In this document: positions 23,462 through 37,206 of the stretch, one piece after another
Numbering within the stretch: position 1 is the stretch's first letter
Layout: each line of letters opens with the position of its first letter
The notes under the pieces: generated by a model
Told to the model about the DNA's origin: nothing
The model's input: only the letters and a program-made list of their open reading frames with translations
Database searches by the model: none
From: a virus
Direction: 5' to 3' (one strand)
Virus record (IMG/VR): IMGVR_UViG_2925639251_000002
Length of the DNA stretch: 64,000 nucleotides
Position numbers and translations under genes: made by a program

Positions 23462-26104
23462 TTAATTTTGTTGGTAAGCTTCCCAGATATATTTAACGTT
23501 TAATTTATTTCCTCTGCAGTTACTATCTGAGCCTGTGATAAAAAGGTTGTTTCCCAAAGCACCATAGCTTAAATCTCCTCCAATAAGGGAAAGTCCGGTT
23601 GAAGTAACTTGATAGGCATAGCCCCCCAATTGACTTTCAATTACTAGTTGACTGTCTTCAGGTGAAATCGGGGTTATTCTAACTAAATCGGGGGTAAAGG
23701 CAAGCGGAATTTGTTTACTTAAAGTGCCGTCTCCTGTGTAAACACCTTTAGCAAACTTGGGAGGAACGGGGATATTTTCAGTTAATGCATAGTCAGAAGC
23801 TGCTCGTCCACCTAACATCTCTGCATTTCCATCTATTGAGCCACTAATGACCCCTGATTGATCACGTACTGGTATAGAGTTTGGTGAGGTGGTTAATGAA
23901 GCTGTAAAACCATTCAGAGAGTCTGCTGAACCAGCAGATGAAACAATCCATTCCTCTCCGTTAAACAGTTCCTGTTTATTAGTCTTTGGGTCAATCCAAA
24001 TTGTTCCTGTCTCTGGATCTTCTGGCTTAGATTCCGTGGAAATTGTATAAAGACCATTAACTTTTCCACTAAGGCTTCCTTTTACTTCAATTGAAGGAGT
24101 AGGGAGGTAGGGGTTTTCAGAAGGATGATTTGACTTAACTATATCCGAAAGAAGAATTTGATTAATATCGATATCCGCATCTACTCTTCGATATGCTTGA
24201 ACACCAATTGTATAGTACATATTTGAAGGCAATCCGGTAAAAGTAGCTGTTCGCCTGTCATATTTAACATTTTGTAAATTTTCACTAGCTTGCACAGAGC
24301 CAAATGTGTACTCCTCATTGTCATCACTACCGTGTAAGTAAACCTCAAACCCATCAATGTTGTATTTGTCTTCATTGGAATCAACATAGTTCCACTGAAT
24401 GGTAATATCAACTGACCCGTTATCATTTACCTTATGGGTAATTGCCGTGCCGTCAGAAGCAATAACAGGGGGTGCTGGCTGCACTGAGATTCTGTCATTT
24501 CGAATATTGAAGTTTTCAGTTACTTTGTCCCATTCAATCTTTCTTTTGTTTAATTCAGTACTTATTTTGTTTGTTCTGTAAACGGTCTTAATGACTTTCT
24601 CAAAATCAGATTGAACTCTTTTTCCATTTGTAACTGTGACACTAATATTTGATTGTTCAAAATCAATTGTTATTGCTGAAAGAATGGCTTTAATATCGGT
24701 ATTTAAATCACTCTGTTGAACTCCTACTATGTCTCCCAAACTGAACCTATCCCAGTTATGTTTTTCACTAATACAGTTAAAAAAGTTTACAATATCGAGT
24801 GTTACATTCACTGGCGGTGTATTACGACTTTCGAGTTCTTCGTTGGCATCATCATAAAGTTCATTCTCATCATAGATGCTGTCATTTGACCACTCAGTTG
24901 TCGAAATGAAACGTGAGAGCAGTTTTTGCTGATTTTCACTAAAATTGTTCTCAAAAGAAAGCTTTTCTTTAAGCTTAGAAATTGAAGCAGATATTTGAGA
25001 AATTGTTGATTCAATCGTAGCAATTTGGTTTTTCTTTTCTGCAACTGCTTTCTGCTTTACGGCAAGTTGAGCTTTTAGTTGACTTGTGTCATCTCCAGCT
25101 TTCTTCGCAACTTCAATTCGATCTAATAACTTTTGGACTTCTAGATCAAGTGTGTAAAGCTCATTATTCAATTCGGTTAAACCAGTTTCAGCTTCGTTCT
25201 TTTGGGTGAGAAGTTTATTAAACGCATTTCCTTCGCTATTAACAAGATCATTATAATCAAGAATTGCATGACAAAGTTCATCTGGCATATAGGCACTGTG
25301 GGAAATTACATTTCGTTGTTCGTCACGTTGAAAGGGGAAGAGGAAATAAGAGAAATCATCAATGTACGATTGACCAGTCGGGTTCACTGAATTAATACTT
25401 ATGCCATCTTTTCCAGTAGCATACAGTCTTGTTACCAATTCGTCTGCATCATCAGAATCGTCCATGCTAATCATATATTGCCGAGGGTTCAGTTTGAGGC
25501 CTTTGTATTTCGAAATGTCTGATTCTTTATAAAAGCTTACAGTTTCTTTTAATGTATCAAAGACTGGAACTGCATCGAACTTCTCGCAGATTGAATATAA
25601 AAAATCAAGCTTGTTAGTTGATGATACATCAAACTGTCTTCGTTTTACGTTAAAGAGAGTATCTATGTATCCAACCGTCCAACTGGTATTCTTTAAACAG
25701 TCTGTAACTACTTCCTGCAGATTTTTAGATGTCTCCTCATATTTAAGAACGCTTATTCTGCTCAATTCATGTTGAAGAGATCTACACTCAACTTGTACAG
25801 TATCCATTTCACTGCTGAAAGACTTGGTTCTTTTTGTGATAATAAACCAAATCGCAAGCCCATAGAACTCAGTTTTAATTAGGTACCAGGGTTTTAGTAA
25901 ATCTACAACATGATTCCTTTTAATGACCCCATCATAGGTGGCCTTAAGCGGAATAGAGAAGGAGAGTTCGTGAACGCTGCTTCCATGATTTAAAGTTACA
26001 GTTGGATTCAGAACTTCATCAATGTTGGCTATTTTAGTCTTATCTGGCTTAGCAAGGGATAAGCGTATGTTTTTTATCTCTGTATCCTTGCGAATAGTTA
26101 TCAA
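23462..26104 (-). CDS. yomG: Tail tip (Tal-like) protein with FN3-like domain
   Basis: Follows Dit; [10 protein letters not shown] motif; coiled coil. Confidence 0.8.
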   Translation of the reverse strand: MITIRKDTEIKNIRLSLAKPDKTKIANIDEVLNPTVTLNHGSSVHELSFSIPLKATYDGVIKRNHVVDLLKPWYLIKTEFYGLAIWFIITKRTKSFSSEMDTVQVECRSLQHELSRISVLKYEETSKNLQEVVTDCLKNTSWTVGYIDTLFNVKRRQFDVSSTNKLDFLYSICEKFDAVPVFDTLKETVSFYKESDISKYKGLKLNPRQYMISMDDSDDADELVTRLYATGKDGISINSVNPTGQSYIDDFSYFLFPFQRDEQRNVISHSAYMPDELCHAILDYNDLVNSEGNAFNKLLTQKNEAETGLTELNNELYTLDLEVQKLLDRIEVAKKAGDDTSQLKAQLAVKQKAVAEKKNQIATIESTISQISASISKLKEKLSFENNFSENQQKLLSRFISTTEWSNDSIYDENELYDDANEELESRNTPPVNVTLDIVNFFNCISEKHNWDRFSLGDIVGVQQSDLNTDIKAILSAITIDFEQSNISVTVTNGKRVQSDFEKVIKTVYRTNKISTELNKRKIEWDKVTENFNIRNDRISVQPAPPVIASDGTAITHKVNDNGSVDITIQWNYVDSNEDKYNIDGFEVYLHGSDDNEEYTFGSVQASENLQNVKYDRRTATFTGLPSNMYYTIGVQAYRRVDADIDINQILLSDIVKSNHPSENPYLPTPSIEVKGSLSGKVNGLYTISTESKPEDPETGTIWIDPKTNKQELFNGEEWIVSSAGSADSLNGFTASLTTSPNSIPVRDQSGVISGSIDGNAEMLGGRAASDYALTENIPVPPKFAKGVYTGDGTLSKQIPLAFTPDLVRITPISPEDSQLVIESQLGGYAYQVTSTGLSLIGGDLSYGALGNNLFITGSDSNCRGNKLNVKYIWEAYQQN

Positions 26105-26116
26105 TTTTTCACCTTC

Positions 26117-26878
26117 TTACCGATACTTAAATCTGAAAGTGAATCTCAGTTTGCATTTTCCGGTCACTTTTAATCGATTTTTTCCGTAATCCAATCTAAT
26201 ATAATTGTCATTGAAATCATCATATCTTTCATTCCCATATAAAGACGACTCGATTATTTCTTTTTCACCATTCACTTTAACAATTTCTCTGTCTTTTAGA
26301 TTGCTGAATATAAAGGGATCAGTATAATCACTCAGGTTCTCGATTTTTACATCGCCGTCGCCAATTTTAAGAATTTCAACAGTAGGGTAAATCGCAACAT
26401 CGCCTTTGTTATGGAGTTCAATGGTTTTCATTCCTGATGATATATCAAAGGAATGAGTACTTGTGTTTCGACTATATGCATAAGGGGAGTTGCATTTCAT
26501 TGTCAAACGAACATATCCATGTCTAGCCGCATTATGGACTAGATCACTGGTATCTACGGGCATTGCATAATACACAATGTCTAAATTTTCACTGAAAGCT
26601 AAGGGCTTGTAATCATCAACATCTAGCCAGCGCTTAATTGCTCTTATTTTTTTCTCATCATAATTATCACCAACATAAAAGTTTAAAGGGAATTGTTTTG
26701 ATTCTCTTTTGACTCCTTCAGTGTACGGCTCTGATCTTCCTTTTACATAAGTTTCATTAACTGATCGTGAGCCCAAAAAAGATTCCTCAACTAACCCTGA
26801 TTCTATATTAACGTTTTCTACACCGTAGTCGATCGACTTTACGTTATCAAACATGAAATATTGGCTCTGTCTAATCAC
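26117..26878 (-). CDS. yomH: Distal tail (Dit) protein
   Basis: Follows tape measure; CNSPYAYS and NKGDVAIYP motifs. Confidence 0.82.
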   Translation of the reverse strand: MIRQSQYFMFDNVKSIDYGVENVNIESGLVEESFLGSRSVNETYVKGRSEPYTEGVKRESKQFPLNFYVGDNYDEKKIRAIKRWLDVDDYKPLAFSENLDIVYYAMPVDTSDLVHNAARHGYVRLTMKCNSPYAYSRNTSTHSFDISSGMKTIELHNKGDVAIYPTVEILKIGDGDVKIENLSDYTDPFIFSNLKDREIVKVNGEKEIIESSLYGNERYDDFNDNYIRLDYGKNRLKVTGKCKLRFTFRFKYR

Positions 26879-26918
26879 TTTTTCACCCCCAATATAAAAA
26901 GAGCCGGCCTTAGCCGAC

Positions 26919-29900
26919 TCATGTGATGTTGAAATTCAGTCCAGTATTTTTAAGACCATTTGCTAATTGTTTGTACACTAAGCTTGCAGTTTCTTTAGCA
27001 TTACTAGCTTCTGTTACATTAATTGTGAATGAGTTCTGATTGTTTGATGTATTCCCTTGAGGTGTAGAAGGGGATACAATAGGTGTTGATAAGTTCTTAA
27101 GAGCTGGAATTAAGCCTTTAGTTAGATTTGTTTGGCTAGTAACTGCAGCGTTCATTGCTGGGGTGACAAGGGCGATACTCTTACTTAAAACATCTGAAAT
27201 TTTACCAGGTTGACCCCATTTAGAGGCAGTCTTTGTTGAACTATCAGTAGACGTTTGACGAACTTGCTTTACAGCTTCCAGCATGTTTTCAGTATCAGTC
27301 TTATTTAAGATAAGTTCCTTGTCATGTAAGAATGCAAGCTTTCCTGTTCCAAGTCCTGTGCCTGTATATCCACCAGAAGCAAATGATGACACCTTTTTAC
27401 CTGTTGTATTTCCAGTTGTGACGGTATTTAATGCACTGGCAGCGTCCTTAAGCTTATCAATCAAGTTATTGGAGATACTTTTCCCAATCGAATTCATATT
27501 CTCGTTTATGAACTTGGTGAATTCATTAAGCTGCTTAGCGATGTCAGTGATTTTACCATCCATAAGCTTATCTTCAAGCTTTTTAAATGCTCGTTCATCA
27601 TTTACCAGGTCATCGTACTTGTTGTTGATTGACTCTTCATCTTTTTCAAGCTGATCCTGTAGGGCTTCTTTTCGTTTTGTGTTGCTACGATCTTTAATAT
27701 ACTCATCCAAAGCTTCCTGTTGTTCTTGAAGCTGTTTTTCTAGGTCTTTGACTTGAGATTTAGCCTCAGAGGAGTCGTCCATGGAAAGCTTATTGATCTT
27801 ATCTTTTGTTTCCTGTATTGCTTGGTTTTTCTCCTTCAATTCCTTCTGATACTTAGCTTCGTCATCAGTCTTGTCTATCTCATCAATCTTATCTTGAGTT
27901 GCTTTCTGATGCGCCTCTAACTCAATATCCCGCATTTTTTCGTACATCTCTTTATAGATTGACACAACTTCATCAGCCAATGATTTATAGATATCCTTGA
28001 TCGATTTCTTGGTGTTATAAAGCTCAAGATTAAAATCTTTCTGTTTATCTTTCCAGTTTTCAATTTCTTCAGTGATCTGTTCCTGGATGTCAGGGAAACC
28101 TTTCGCAGCTTTCTTTTGTTCTTCAAGCTGCTTAATGTATTTCTTCGCTTCCTTTTGTTGTTGTTGAATGAGCTTTATTTGCTTGCTATAGTATTTAACC
28201 TTGTCTTCATCTTCTTCAGTCATTGAAATTTTGTTATCGACATCTTTAATTTTCCCTTGGGTTTTAGAAGATGACTTTTCAATTGACTTAAGTGTCTCAT
28301 CAACTTTAGATTGAACAAGTTGTTTCTGTAGCTCACGAACCTGGTCTTGAACAGAAATTAAATCTAGCTTGGCTTGTTTAAGCTCTTCTTGAAGCTGTGC
28401 ACGTTGAGCGGAGTTCAATGCTTTATTTGTTTTTATTTCTTTTTGAATCCAATTAACTTTTTGCTGTTGGATTTTAGCTTGCTCTGCCACAGCTTTTTTC
28501 TGATCAGAGGTGTATTTGCGGAATTCCTTGCTGTCAGAAGTGTATCGGTTAGCCATTGATTCATCTTTAGCAATCCGAACATCAAAATCCCCAATCCTTT
28601 TATCAAACTCATCGAGTTTAGATTGAACTAGTTCATACTGAAGTTCTTGAATCTGATCATCGACTGAATCGATATCTCCTTGAAGGGAGAGAAGATCAGA
28701 TTTAGCCTGGGCTATTCCTTGTTGCCGTTCTGCCTCAGCTTGTGACGCATCTGAAATAGAAGTTCCAATACCTTGCATGTACTTTTCAGGATCGATTGTT
28801 TTTCCGTTTTGCTCAATTTGTAGGTGAAGATGGTTCCCAGTTGAGTTCCCTGTGCTACCAACTTTACCAATAGTTTGACCGGCTTTAACTGATTGACCTG
28901 TTTTAACAGAAGGAGTGTTAAGCATGTGCATGTACTTGGCAACTGTTCCATCATCCTGTTTAATAACAACCCAGTTACCTGCAGTTTTACTGTAGCCAGC
29001 AATTTGGACTTTACCACTTTGAAGAGATTTAATTGCTGTACCTGCTTTTGCAGCAAAATCAGTTCCTTTGTGTGGGGAGGAGCGGAGACCGGATTCCTGT
29101 TGTCCATATTTGGAGCTTACCCTAAAAGCGCTATTATTTGTATAATAGCTGGCGATTGAAGAAGTGGCAGAGGAGAGGGATTTGCTATAGTTGGCCATGA
29201 TCTTCTTGACGTAATTCTGTGTTTCTTTAAAAGGAGGGATACCGCCATATTTAATTACGTTACCAGGCCCAGCATTATATGCAGCCAATGCTTTTTCAAC
29301 ATTACCGCCAAACTTTTCAAGTTGTTGGGCGAGGTACTTTGTTCCACCCATAACATTTTGATAAGGATCGTAAGCGTTATTTACTCCCAAGCTTTTTGCT
29401 GTTGCTGGCATCAGTTGCATTAATCCCATGGCACCTACACCAGATCGTGCTTTAGCATTAAACCCTGATTCTTGCTGAATTACAGCTGCGATAAGGGCAG
29501 GGTCAACATTGTATTTACTAGCTGCTGAATTTATGTAGCTTGAATACTTGCCTGAATATGATCCACCAGTTGAGGAGAGGGTTCCGCCAGAAGAAGTTGT
29601 AGAGGTTACAATACCGTATTGAGTAATGTTACCGGATTTAATTTGATCTTTAAGCAGCTTAGCTTGTTCCTGCATAAGCTTTTTCTTTTGTTGAAGAGCT
29701 TTAATTTCTTTCTTGATTGCGTCTCTATATTTCTGAGAGTATTTCGGATAATCATTGACTTGCTTGTTGTACTTGTCAATCTCAGCATTAACTTTTTCTA
29801 ATGCTTCCTTGTATTTATCAACAACATACATAGAAGTTTTTACTTCTTCAGAGGCTTTTTCTGCAGATGAAGACATATCTTCCATTGATGTACCAGTCTC

Positions 29901-32900
29901 TGATAGAGAAGAGGAGGCTAAATCAGCTAATTTATCAAGTTCATCAAGTTGATCAGTAATGTCAGTAACTTGATTTAAATCTTCTTGGGTTTTAGGAAGG
30001 TATTGAATTGCTCCGCCATTACCTTTTTTCATTTCCTCAAGAATTTTCTGTTTTTGTTTTTCAAGATCTGATTTCAAATTATAAGCATCTTGAACAGTTT
30101 TGATTGCTTTAACTTCAGATTTATACATATTAATCTTCTTGTTTAAAGCATTAGCTTGATTTATTAGATCCTGCTTAACAGACTGCTGCATGTCATTGTA
30201 TGCTTTTAGCTTGGCGTCACGTAGCTTAACAACTGCATCTCTGTTTATTTTCACAACGCCATTTTCAATTGAAATAGCGTCTGCAAGATCGTTTTCTTTC
30301 TGGATTAACTTCATAGCTTCCGAAGCTGATAAACTTTTACCTTCAGCCATTTTCTCAAGCAATTCATTTAAAGGGGAGATGTTATCAGCCATGGCATCAT
30401 AAGCATCGTTTTGCAGTGCGGAAATTGCTAAATCATTTTGTTTAGAATCAACAAGGTCACTAATAATGGAACTAATTGCTTCAAAGTCACCTTTGGCATC
30501 TTTAAGTTTGTCAGATAGGGTACCAACAGATTCTCCTAAAGCATCTACGCCTTCTCCATTTTCATCCCATGTTACTTTAGCTGATTCAGCTGAATTGTTT
30601 GTTGAGTCAATAGCATCCTTCAGATCCCCATAAGAGAGCACAAGACTATTTGCTTTATCAGTACCATTCACATATTGACTTATTAGGTTTTCAAGACCTT
30701 GAGAGGCTTTAGAAAAATCAGTCTGATTTCCTGATTGTAGAGCCTTTTGGATTTTATCCATATATTGAGATACATTGATAGAAAAGGACTCTAACTGCGA
30801 TGCATCCATTTTGCTGAAGTCAATCTTGTTAAATGCATCATTGACTTCCTTGGTGAGTTGAGGGTTAATTTTTATGGAATTAAATGCTTCTACTGTTTTA
30901 GAGACTTGTTCACGGATTTTTGACTGTGAGCTAGATAGAGATTGTTCAACACGAAGAGCATCTTGTTCAGCTTTAATACCTTTATTTTTAATTGAGCTGT
31001 CATCTGCAAAAGGATTTTCAAAAAATGACCAGAAACTCTTTCCTTTTGAGTATGTGTCAGCCATCTTTTTGTATTGATCAATTTCAGCCTGAAGATCCTT
31101 AATTTCTTTCAAACTTTCTGAAAAAGTGTCTTTGACACCCGTTTGAATATCTTTCTTATTGAGGTCGGCTAGCTCTTGAGTATATTTGATGGCATCTTGT
31201 AGAGCGTCGTTATTTTTAATTATTGCTTGCCCTTGTGAGTCGTAACCAGCAACTAAGTTAGGAAACGTTTGAGCTAATTGTTGCGTGACCTGAAGATACT
31301 CCTGTTCTTTTTCAGAACTTAAAGTACCTGATGCTTTTGCTTTTTGAAGCTCTTTGTATTGAGCAATTAATTGATCTGTTGTGTCTTTATTGGTCGTAAT
31401 TGCTTCAATGCTTGTAATTTTAGCTTGTTCAAAATCTTCTCGTGCTTGTTTTAATTTGGAGTATGAGGATATTAGCTTCTCAATAACAACACCAAAAGCC
31501 ATCATTGCTGCCATAGGAAGGAAGCTACCAGCTAAGAAAGCTCCTGTAGTCATTGCTGCCTTTTTTAAGTTCGTAAGTGAAGTTGAAAAAGCAGTTGTGA
31601 TTTTACTCCAAATTGCTGTTTTGGCTGAAGCTGCTGTCACTCCAACCGTAAAAGTATTAAAGTTAAGGATAAGATTTTTTAGAGCTACACCCATTGCAGT
31701 ACCTGAAGTTATAGCACTTGCACGAAGTGAAGAGTTAAATAATATTACTGCAGCTGTCGCTGCTCCAAATACTTGCGGAAGTAATCCAACGGACTTGGTT
31801 ACTTGGGCACTTAATTGCATTAAACTTTTTAACGCATCAGCGAACACTACGATACTATCAGATATTAACGCTTCACCTGATGCCACAGACATTTCTGTAA
31901 AAGCATTGGATAAACGATTAACTCTTGCTTGCAAGCTATCGGCATATTTTTGTTGCTCTTTCCATGAACTACCGACTGAATTAGCAGCAGTATTCGCAGC
32001 ACTTTGGGCAATGGTGAAGTTATTCATCATTGCGTTAAAACGAGATAACTGGTAAATACCCGCAACGCCTATTGATGTATTTTGTTTTTGAGCATCACTT
32101 AACGTATCCCATTTCCCAGCGAGTTCCTCAATTAATTCGCTCGAAGACTTAGCTTCACCGCCAGCTGTTTTAACTGAGATACCAATCTCTTCTAATGCCT
32201 TGATTGAACTTTGGTTATTACCAATACGAGCAAAAATGGTCTTTAGTGAGTTACCTACAACATTTCCTGACTCACGAGTAGTACTGGCAATTGCTGTTGT
32301 GTAACCAATCAAGTCGTTTAATTCAACACCGAAAGTAGAGGCTGTAGAGCCGGCTTTTCTAATACTGTTTGCAAGGTCTAAGGTACTAACTGCATAGTTG
32401 TTATCGACTTCATTTAACTTATCTGCAATTGATATAGAGTCACCGGCTGCTACATTAAAGTTAAGCATTGCAGCTGTTAAGGTGTTAACAGTATCGTTAG
32501 GATTCAAATCAGAAATGTTCTGTAAGACCTGAGCGGTTTTAGTTACATCTCCAAGTTCAGATTCACTAAAGCCCATTCGTCCAAATGAACCAGTGATTTC
32601 AAGGATATCCGAAATTTTATTAGATAGCTGATCACCAAGATCAATTGAGGATTGCAGTAGTTCATTAAATTTGTAATCAGGTAAGTCCATGACTCGTCTA
32701 ATGTCTGTCATTAAAGTATCGATTTGAATGACTTGTTCCACCATTGACTTTAATGCTTGAACCCCTGAATAGAACATCGTCCCACTCAGAAAATATGCGG
32801 GCATACGACTAAATGATTGTGCTAATTGTTCTCCAAAGCCTGAAACATTAGAAGAAGCAGATGATGCATTCGCAGATACTTCTCTGAACTGCATATTTAG

Positions 32901-33812
32901 ATTCTGCATCTGTGTTCTTAAATTAGGAGTTCTTGCCGTAAGTTGGTTAACTGAGTTGAGATAATTCTGAAGGGCAGAGGAGTTAGCGGTACTAAGTGAA
33001 CTGCCGTAACGAGTATTGAGGTTTTGAACATTTATTTGCGCTTGACGTTGATATAATTGAACTTGATGCTCAAGTTCTTTTGTTTTTGCTTTAGCGGTAG
33101 AGGAATCATCAAGTCGTTTAATACGATTTGCAATTTGATCAATTTGAGCAGCAGTTTGAGCACCGTTAATTGAAGTGGAAAGTCGAGAGAGCACCTGGGA
33201 AGAGACTAATCCTTTTTCTCTTAACTTTTCTAGGCTTTGGTTTAGTTGTTCAATTGCTTTCCTTTGTTGATCGTAATTGGTTGTGGTTCTTGAAGAAGTT
33301 GCATTAGTTTTAGGGTCAGTCGTATAAACAATGTCTTCAAAACCGTTACGGTTTTTCTGTACAACCTTTGTGGTTTGGCCTTGTAAGTTCTTTTGTTCGG
33401 TCTTTTTTTGTACTTGACCTAATTTTTCAGTAGCTTGAGCGAGCTTGTTAACTTCTTGAGTTTCTTGCCTTAGAGCAGCATTGCGATTATTAATTATTTT
33501 CGTTTCACGTTGAAGAATCTCACCGTTTTTCTTGTATTGCTGAGTGAGCTTTTCAACTGATCCATCAGCATTCTTAATTACTGTGGACGTTTCTTTTACT
33601 GTTTGATTATAGGATTTTAGATTTTTTTGATACGCATCTACAGCAGAAGAGAATTCTTGCAGAGCTTTTAAGGTTGTAGAATCAATATTTGTGTTGAGTT
33701 TGAGGGAGTTAAGCTTCTTTTCTAAAGATTTGATTTGCTGATTTAACTGGTCGACAGTTTTTGATGAGGTATCAGCTTGCGGGGTTAATATGATTTTGAG
33801 GTTTTGACTCAA
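26919..33812 (-). CDS. cwlP: Tape measure protein with SLT and M23 peptidase domains
   Basis: 2297 aa; QQESGFN...GLMQLM...AYNAG and HKGTD...HLH motifs (YomI). Confidence 0.93.
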   Translation of the reverse strand: MSQNLKIILTPQADTSSKTVDQLNQQIKSLEKKLNSLKLNTNIDSTTLKALQEFSSAVDAYQKNLKSYNQTVKETSTVIKNADGSVEKLTQQYKKNGEILQRETKIINNRNAALRQETQEVNKLAQATEKLGQVQKKTEQKNLQGQTTKVVQKNRNGFEDIVYTTDPKTNATSSRTTTNYDQQRKAIEQLNQSLEKLREKGLVSSQVLSRLSTSINGAQTAAQIDQIANRIKRLDDSSTAKAKTKELEHQVQLYQRQAQINVQNLNTRYGSSLSTANSSALQNYLNSVNQLTARTPNLRTQMQNLNMQFREVSANASSASSNVSGFGEQLAQSFSRMPAYFLSGTMFYSGVQALKSMVEQVIQIDTLMTDIRRVMDLPDYKFNELLQSSIDLGDQLSNKISDILEITGSFGRMGFSESELGDVTKTAQVLQNISDLNPNDTVNTLTAAMLNFNVAAGDSISIADKLNEVDNNYAVSTLDLANSIRKAGSTASTFGVELNDLIGYTTAIASTTRESGNVVGNSLKTIFARIGNNQSSIKALEEIGISVKTAGGEAKSSSELIEELAGKWDTLSDAQKQNTSIGVAGIYQLSRFNAMMNNFTIAQSAANTAANSVGSSWKEQQKYADSLQARVNRLSNAFTEMSVASGEALISDSIVVFADALKSLMQLSAQVTKSVGLLPQVFGAATAAVILFNSSLRASAITSGTAMGVALKNLILNFNTFTVGVTAASAKTAIWSKITTAFSTSLTNLKKAAMTTGAFLAGSFLPMAAMMAFGVVIEKLISSYSKLKQAREDFEQAKITSIEAITTNKDTTDQLIAQYKELQKAKASGTLSSEKEQEYLQVTQQLAQTFPNLVAGYDSQGQAIIKNNDALQDAIKYTQELADLNKKDIQTGVKDTFSESLKEIKDLQAEIDQYKKMADTYSKGKSFWSFFENPFADDSSIKNKGIKAEQDALRVEQSLSSSQSKIREQVSKTVEAFNSIKINPQLTKEVNDAFNKIDFSKMDASQLESFSINVSQYMDKIQKALQSGNQTDFSKASQGLENLISQYVNGTDKANSLVLSYGDLKDAIDSTNNSAESAKVTWDENGEGVDALGESVGTLSDKLKDAKGDFEAISSIISDLVDSKQNDLAISALQNDAYDAMADNISPLNELLEKMAEGKSLSASEAMKLIQKENDLADAISIENGVVKINRDAVVKLRDAKLKAYNDMQQSVKQDLINQANALNKKINMYKSEVKAIKTVQDAYNLKSDLEKQKQKILEEMKKGNGGAIQYLPKTQEDLNQVTDITDQLDELDKLADLASSSLSETGTSMEDMSSSAEKASEEVKTSMYVVDKYKEALEKVNAEIDKYNKQVNDYPKYSQKYRDAIKKEIKALQQKKKLMQEQAKLLKDQIKSGNITQYGIVTSTTSSGGTLSSTGGSYSGKYSSYINSAASKYNVDPALIAAVIQQESGFNAKARSGVGAMGLMQLMPATAKSLGVNNAYDPYQNVMGGTKYLAQQLEKFGGNVEKALAAYNAGPGNVIKYGGIPPFKETQNYVKKIMANYSKSLSSATSSIASYYTNNSAFRVSSKYGQQESGLRSSPHKGTDFAAKAGTAIKSLQSGKVQIAGYSKTAGNWVVIKQDDGTVAKYMHMLNTPSVKTGQSVKAGQTIGKVGSTGNSTGNHLHLQIEQNGKTIDPEKYMQGIGTSISDASQAEAERQQGIAQAKSDLLSLQGDIDSVDDQIQELQYELVQSKLDEFDKRIGDFDVRIAKDESMANRYTSDSKEFRKYTSDQKKAVAEQAKIQQQKVNWIQKEIKTNKALNSAQRAQLQEELKQAKLDLISVQDQVRELQKQLVQSKVDETLKSIEKSSSKTQGKIKDVDNKISMTEEDEDKVKYYSKQIKLIQQQQKEAKKYIKQLEEQKKAAKGFPDIQEQITEEIENWKDKQKDFNLELYNTKKSIKDIYKSLADEVVSIYKEMYEKMRDIELEAHQKATQDKIDEIDKTDDEAKYQKELKEKNQAIQETKDKINKLSMDDSSEAKSQVKDLEKQLQEQQEALDEYIKDRSNTKRKEALQDQLEKDEESINNKYDDLVNDERAFKKLEDKLMDGKITDIAKQLNEFTKFINENMNSIGKSISNNLIDKLKDAASALNTVTTGNTTGKKVSSFASGGYTGTGLGTGKLAFLHDKELILNKTDTENMLEAVKQVRQTSTDSSTKTASKWGQPGKISDVLSKSIALVTPAMNAAVTSQTNLTKGLIPALKNLSTPIVSPSTPQGNTSNNQNSFTINVTEASNAKETASLVYKQLANGLKNTGLNFNIT

Positions 33813-33865
33813 GTAAGAATCACTTCCTTTCAGTAGGGGAGGGGAAAAATAAAAAAGCCACTCAG

Positions 33866-34492
33866 CTATTGAGCGACTTTACTTCCTTTGCGTATTGCTA
33901 TTTCCATAATCCCTTGCCAAATTTCAACATTAGATAAAGCTTCCTTAACTTTTTGATCATCTTGTTTAAATCCTTTAGTGTTTTGTAAGCCAGTATCAGT
34001 TTTACTTGGTAAGAACTCTATTTTAGTTATGGGGTTAGAAAAATCATCAAGTTTTAACTTAAGATCAATCTTTCTAAAATATTTGGACTCAGTTCTGTCT
34101 GAAGATAACCCTCCAACAAGAGCCCCAATACCTCCTGCAGCAAGTCCTCCGATAACGGCTCCTGCCATTTGACTACCTCTAGAAACTCTTGTTATGGATT
34201 GATCGTCAATAGCTATCTCAGCTTCGATTATCTTGCTAAATGGGATTGATTTTTCTTCAATTGTCAATACTTCATTGAAATGATGAATTACAAACTTATT
34301 TTCGGATTCAACCAAAGTCAGCTTTTTATTTTTATCTGGTGTTAGATATGACTTATAATCCTTTGGGTAATTCCCTGCGGAAATTATTTTCTCTAAATTT
34401 TGTTTTTCTATTTCCTTTTGTTTATCTGCTCCAAAATCCCCTATTATAAAGAAAGCAGCTATTACTAACAAAACAATAATTGCCCAAATCAT
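33866..34492 (-). CDS. Membrane-anchored protein, YomJ-like
   Basis: N-terminal TM; Gly-zipper [18 protein letters not shown]; yomJ position. Confidence 0.65.
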   Translation of the reverse strand: MIWAIIVLLVIAAFFIIGDFGADKQKEIEKQNLEKIISAGNYPKDYKSYLTPDKNKKLTLVESENKFVIHHFNEVLTIEEKSIPFSKIIEAEIAIDDQSITRVSRGSQMAGAVIGGLAAGGIGALVGGLSSDRTESKYFRKIDLKLKLDDFSNPITKIEFLPSKTDTGLQNTKGFKQDDQKVKEALSNVEIWQGIMEIAIRKGSKVAQ

Positions 34493-34568
34493 TCAACCAC
34501 CACCGGTACCATTTTCCTGCATTATATCACGATTTCCATATCGGGGTGGAAAAGAGGAAGTGAATAAT

Positions 34569-34904
34569 TTATTTATTTCTAACAATTAGTTTAAATATTT
34601 GTTTAATCGGTTCAATCTCATGAGGGGAAAGAGGGTGCCCGTTCCAATGGAGATTATCCTTTTCTAAGAATTCTGATATATTTTTACGCTCTTTTTTAGG
34701 ATCTGGATCATCAGTTATTCCTAAAATATAGTCTACTGAGACATCGTAAATTTTAGCCAATTCTATAAGTTTGTCTAATGGCGGTTTTTTACTTTCAGAT
34801 TCATAACCACCATAACTCGACTTCGCAATACCTATTTTCTCACCAATATATTCTAGGGTGTATTTATGTGATTTTCTTAAAAATCGTAACCTTTGCCCAT
34901 ACAT
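34569..34904 (-). CDS. XRE-family HTH regulator
   Basis: RLRFLRK...IAKSSYGGYE...VSVDYILG. Confidence 0.88.
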   Translation of the reverse strand: MYGQRLRFLRKSHKYTLEYIGEKIGIAKSSYGGYESESKKPPLDKLIELAKIYDVSVDYILGITDDPDPKKERKNISEFLEKDNLHWNGHPLSPHEIEPIKQIFKLIVRNK

Positions 34905-35104
34905 ATGACACACTTCCTTTTATGGTTGTATTTACATTATAATAATAGCAAATAATCTTAAAAGGATCAACATTTTTTCATTTTATATATTTTCGTTCCC
35001 TTTTAGGGAATAAATGAACTTGCTTTCCAAAGGAGATGCTTTCATACATAAGCAAAATTCCTCAGGACGAGGAATCTTGATTCTGCATAAAAGAGGGATT
35101 TTAA

Positions 35105-36106
35105 CTAAACAAATATTTGATTCTTTTCTTCTTCAAAATCCCGTAAATCATAATGTTTGATTGTTGTTGAGACATCTTCATGATGAGCTACATATTTGCT
35201 TATCAATTCAATTTTGATTTTCTTAACTTCTAGGAGATAAGTGATGCATGAGGCTTTGAAGAGGTGAGGGTTAATACGCCGGCCAAGAATGTCTGATAAA
35301 ACGTCCGAGCAGAAATAATCAGCCCAAGACTCTGACATCTGTTTAGGCTCTCCGCCATACTGAGTAGTGAAGAGGTATTCATGATCATAACCGCGTTTTT
35401 CATGCCACAATCGAAGGTACTCCAATGCTTCTGTGTTAATCATGTACTCAAGAGGTTTTCCTTCACCTTTACCTTTTCCGAATACCTTATGACTCATTAC
35501 ATATGACTGACCCTCTGGAATAGGGTAATCTAATATTTCTGTTTTTAACTGTATGAGTTCTGCTCTTCGCCCGCCAACATTAAAAGCTGTGGCAAGCCAT
35601 GCCATCCCCAAATAATTTTCATCCTCTTTTAGAGCGTCCATCATTAGCTTGTAATCGTCATATGTAACTTTTACTTTTTCATATGTTGTGGTTTTGGGAA
35701 TAGCAGGGAGTCCACGGGTGAAGTTTCTGAATTTCTCATAATTCTCATCATCTTCTGCAACAACATTTTCAATGTAATTATTTAATGATGATACACCAGC
35801 TTTTTTTAATGCAATTCCACTTGAAGACATTCCTCGATTTTTTAAGAAACTTTGATACCTAATGAAATCACGTTTTGAGATTTTATAAAGTTTTTTGCCG
35901 TTAAGAGAGTTATGTACCCACCAAAAGAATTGACGAAGGGAGGAGTAATATTGTTTTCGTGTTTTATCTCTAAACGAGTGAGCATCTAAAAACTCTTGAA
36001 CTAAGTTTCTATGTTCCTCGTCAACTTGCTCCCACATTGATTCCGTGACCTCAGGAAGCTTTACTGCTCGAGATCTGAGCATATTCTTTTCAATTGATTT
36101 GGTCAT
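35105..36106 (-). CDS. yomM: Tyrosine recombinase
   Basis: GGRRAEL, GKG, NPHLFK, HHEDVSTT..HY catalytic pattern; 333 aa. Confidence 0.88.
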   Translation of the reverse strand: MTKSIEKNMLRSRAVKLPEVTESMWEQVDEEHRNLVQEFLDAHSFRDKTRKQYYSSLRQFFWWVHNSLNGKKLYKISKRDFIRYQSFLKNRGMSSSGIALKKAGVSSLNNYIENVVAEDDENYEKFRNFTRGLPAIPKTTTYEKVKVTYDDYKLMMDALKEDENYLGMAWLATAFNVGGRRAELIQLKTEILDYPIPEGQSYVMSHKVFGKGKGEGKPLEYMINTEALEYLRLWHEKRGYDHEYLFTTQYGGEPKQMSESWADYFCSDVLSDILGRRINPHLFKASCITYLLEVKKIKIELISKYVAHHEDVSTTIKHYDLRDFEEEKNQIFV

Positions 36107-36119
36107 TAATTCACCACCA

Positions 36120-36539
36120 TTAGTACGTTTTAATACCATCTGCTTTTAAATCTTTTTTTAGCGCTGCAGTTAATCGTCCATCTTTTAGTGTCTCAGAGGT
36201 ATTCTTCATAAAAGGACGAGGTTTACCGTAGCCATATCCATATGAATCAGGGTATGTATACCCCTGTCCGGTTTCAATGACTGTAGCAACATCTTTCCCA
36301 TCATCTTCTCTAATATTGTCCAAGGATACCCCGTTACTCTCGTTGGTGGTTATAAAAGCGTCTTTAAGCTTTCCTGTACGTTCATAGAGTAGGGGGCTAT
36401 AGGTGCCGTAAACATCTTCTTCAACATGATCTTGACCTGTTTTCGTCATGACTTGCTTAACGTTAGAGGAAGATTTATGTATAGACTGAATTGCAGCTTG
36501 TTCAACCATTGCTTTGATTTCTTTTATGTTTTTCGCCAT
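36120..36539 (-). CDS. yomN: Neck/tail-completion-like protein
   Basis: YERTGKL...PRPFM (HK97 gp10-like); synteny. Confidence 0.75.
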   Translation of the reverse strand: MAKNIKEIKAMVEQAAIQSIHKSSSNVKQVMTKTGQDHVEEDVYGTYSPLLYERTGKLKDAFITTNESNGVSLDNIREDDGKDVATVIETGQGYTYPDSYGYGYGKPRPFMKNTSETLKDGRLTAALKKDLKADGIKTY

Positions 36540-37027
36540 TACAGTGGATCAGCGCTGCTTTCAATCTCTTCGACCTTCTGAAGGATAAGATTATTTGATT
36601 CTTCCTGCGATTTTTTTGATAACTCATCTATGTTTTGTTGCAGCATAACAGTGGCTTTACCCAGTTTTTCTAAACTCTCTTTAGGGAAGCTGTTGATAAT
36701 CAAAGGGAAGAACTCTGAATCTACAAGTTTAAGATACCATTTGACTTTATTTTTAATGTCATTTGGAATGCCCAAGTCCGTAAATTCTTTAACTAGTGAA
36801 AAGAATGCCCATTGAACTTGATTTATATCCTTAAATGATTTAATCCCTGCTTTTTTTGCTTCTTCTTGATCAGAAATCAATCCGGATAACATTTTTGTCA
36901 ATCGAGAAGGAGAGAAGTATGGATAAATAAATACATGTACGTCATCAGTTAATTGGACTTTTTCTTTCTTGTCATATTTACTGACGCTCTCCTCAATTAA
37001 ACCTAAATTCAACTTTTTTGATGTCAT
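36539..37027 (-). CDS. yomO: Putative tail assembly chaperone
   Basis: Size and synteny. Confidence 0.65.
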   Translation of the reverse strand: MTSKKLNLGLIEESVSKYDKKEKVQLTDDVHVFIYPYFSPSRLTKMLSGLISDQEEAKKAGIKSFKDINQVQWAFFSLVKEFTDLGIPNDIKNKVKWYLKLVDSEFFPLIINSFPKESLEKLGKATVMLQQNIDELSKKSQEESNNLILQKVEEIESSADPL

Positions 37028-37064
37028 CTTATTTCCTCCTTAAATATCCTCCATATAATATTTC

Positions 37065-37205
37065 TTAAGCAGCTACATAGTCTTCATTAGTAATCTTTTT
37101 ATATTCTTCTGGAGTGATATCTCCAAGTTCTACAGCCTTTTTTAGATCATCTTTAGTTGCCCATTCATACCGGTATGCCATTTCCCAAAATTCAAAATCA
37201 GTCAT
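37065..37205 (-). CDS. XkdX-family small protein (46 aa)
   Basis: Translated by hand: MTDFEFWEMAYRYEWATKDDLKKAVELGDITPEEYKKITNEDYVAA; ITPEEYKKIT signature; AGGAG RBS. Confidence 0.85.
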   Translation of the reverse strand: MTDFEFWEMAYRYEWATKDDLKKAVELGDITPEEYKKITNEDYVAA

Positions 37206-37206
37206 T

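Noticed and set aside
35105-36106. YomM as the prophage integrase
   Set aside because: It lies in the tail operon far from att; SPbeta carries yomM but integrates with a different recombinase
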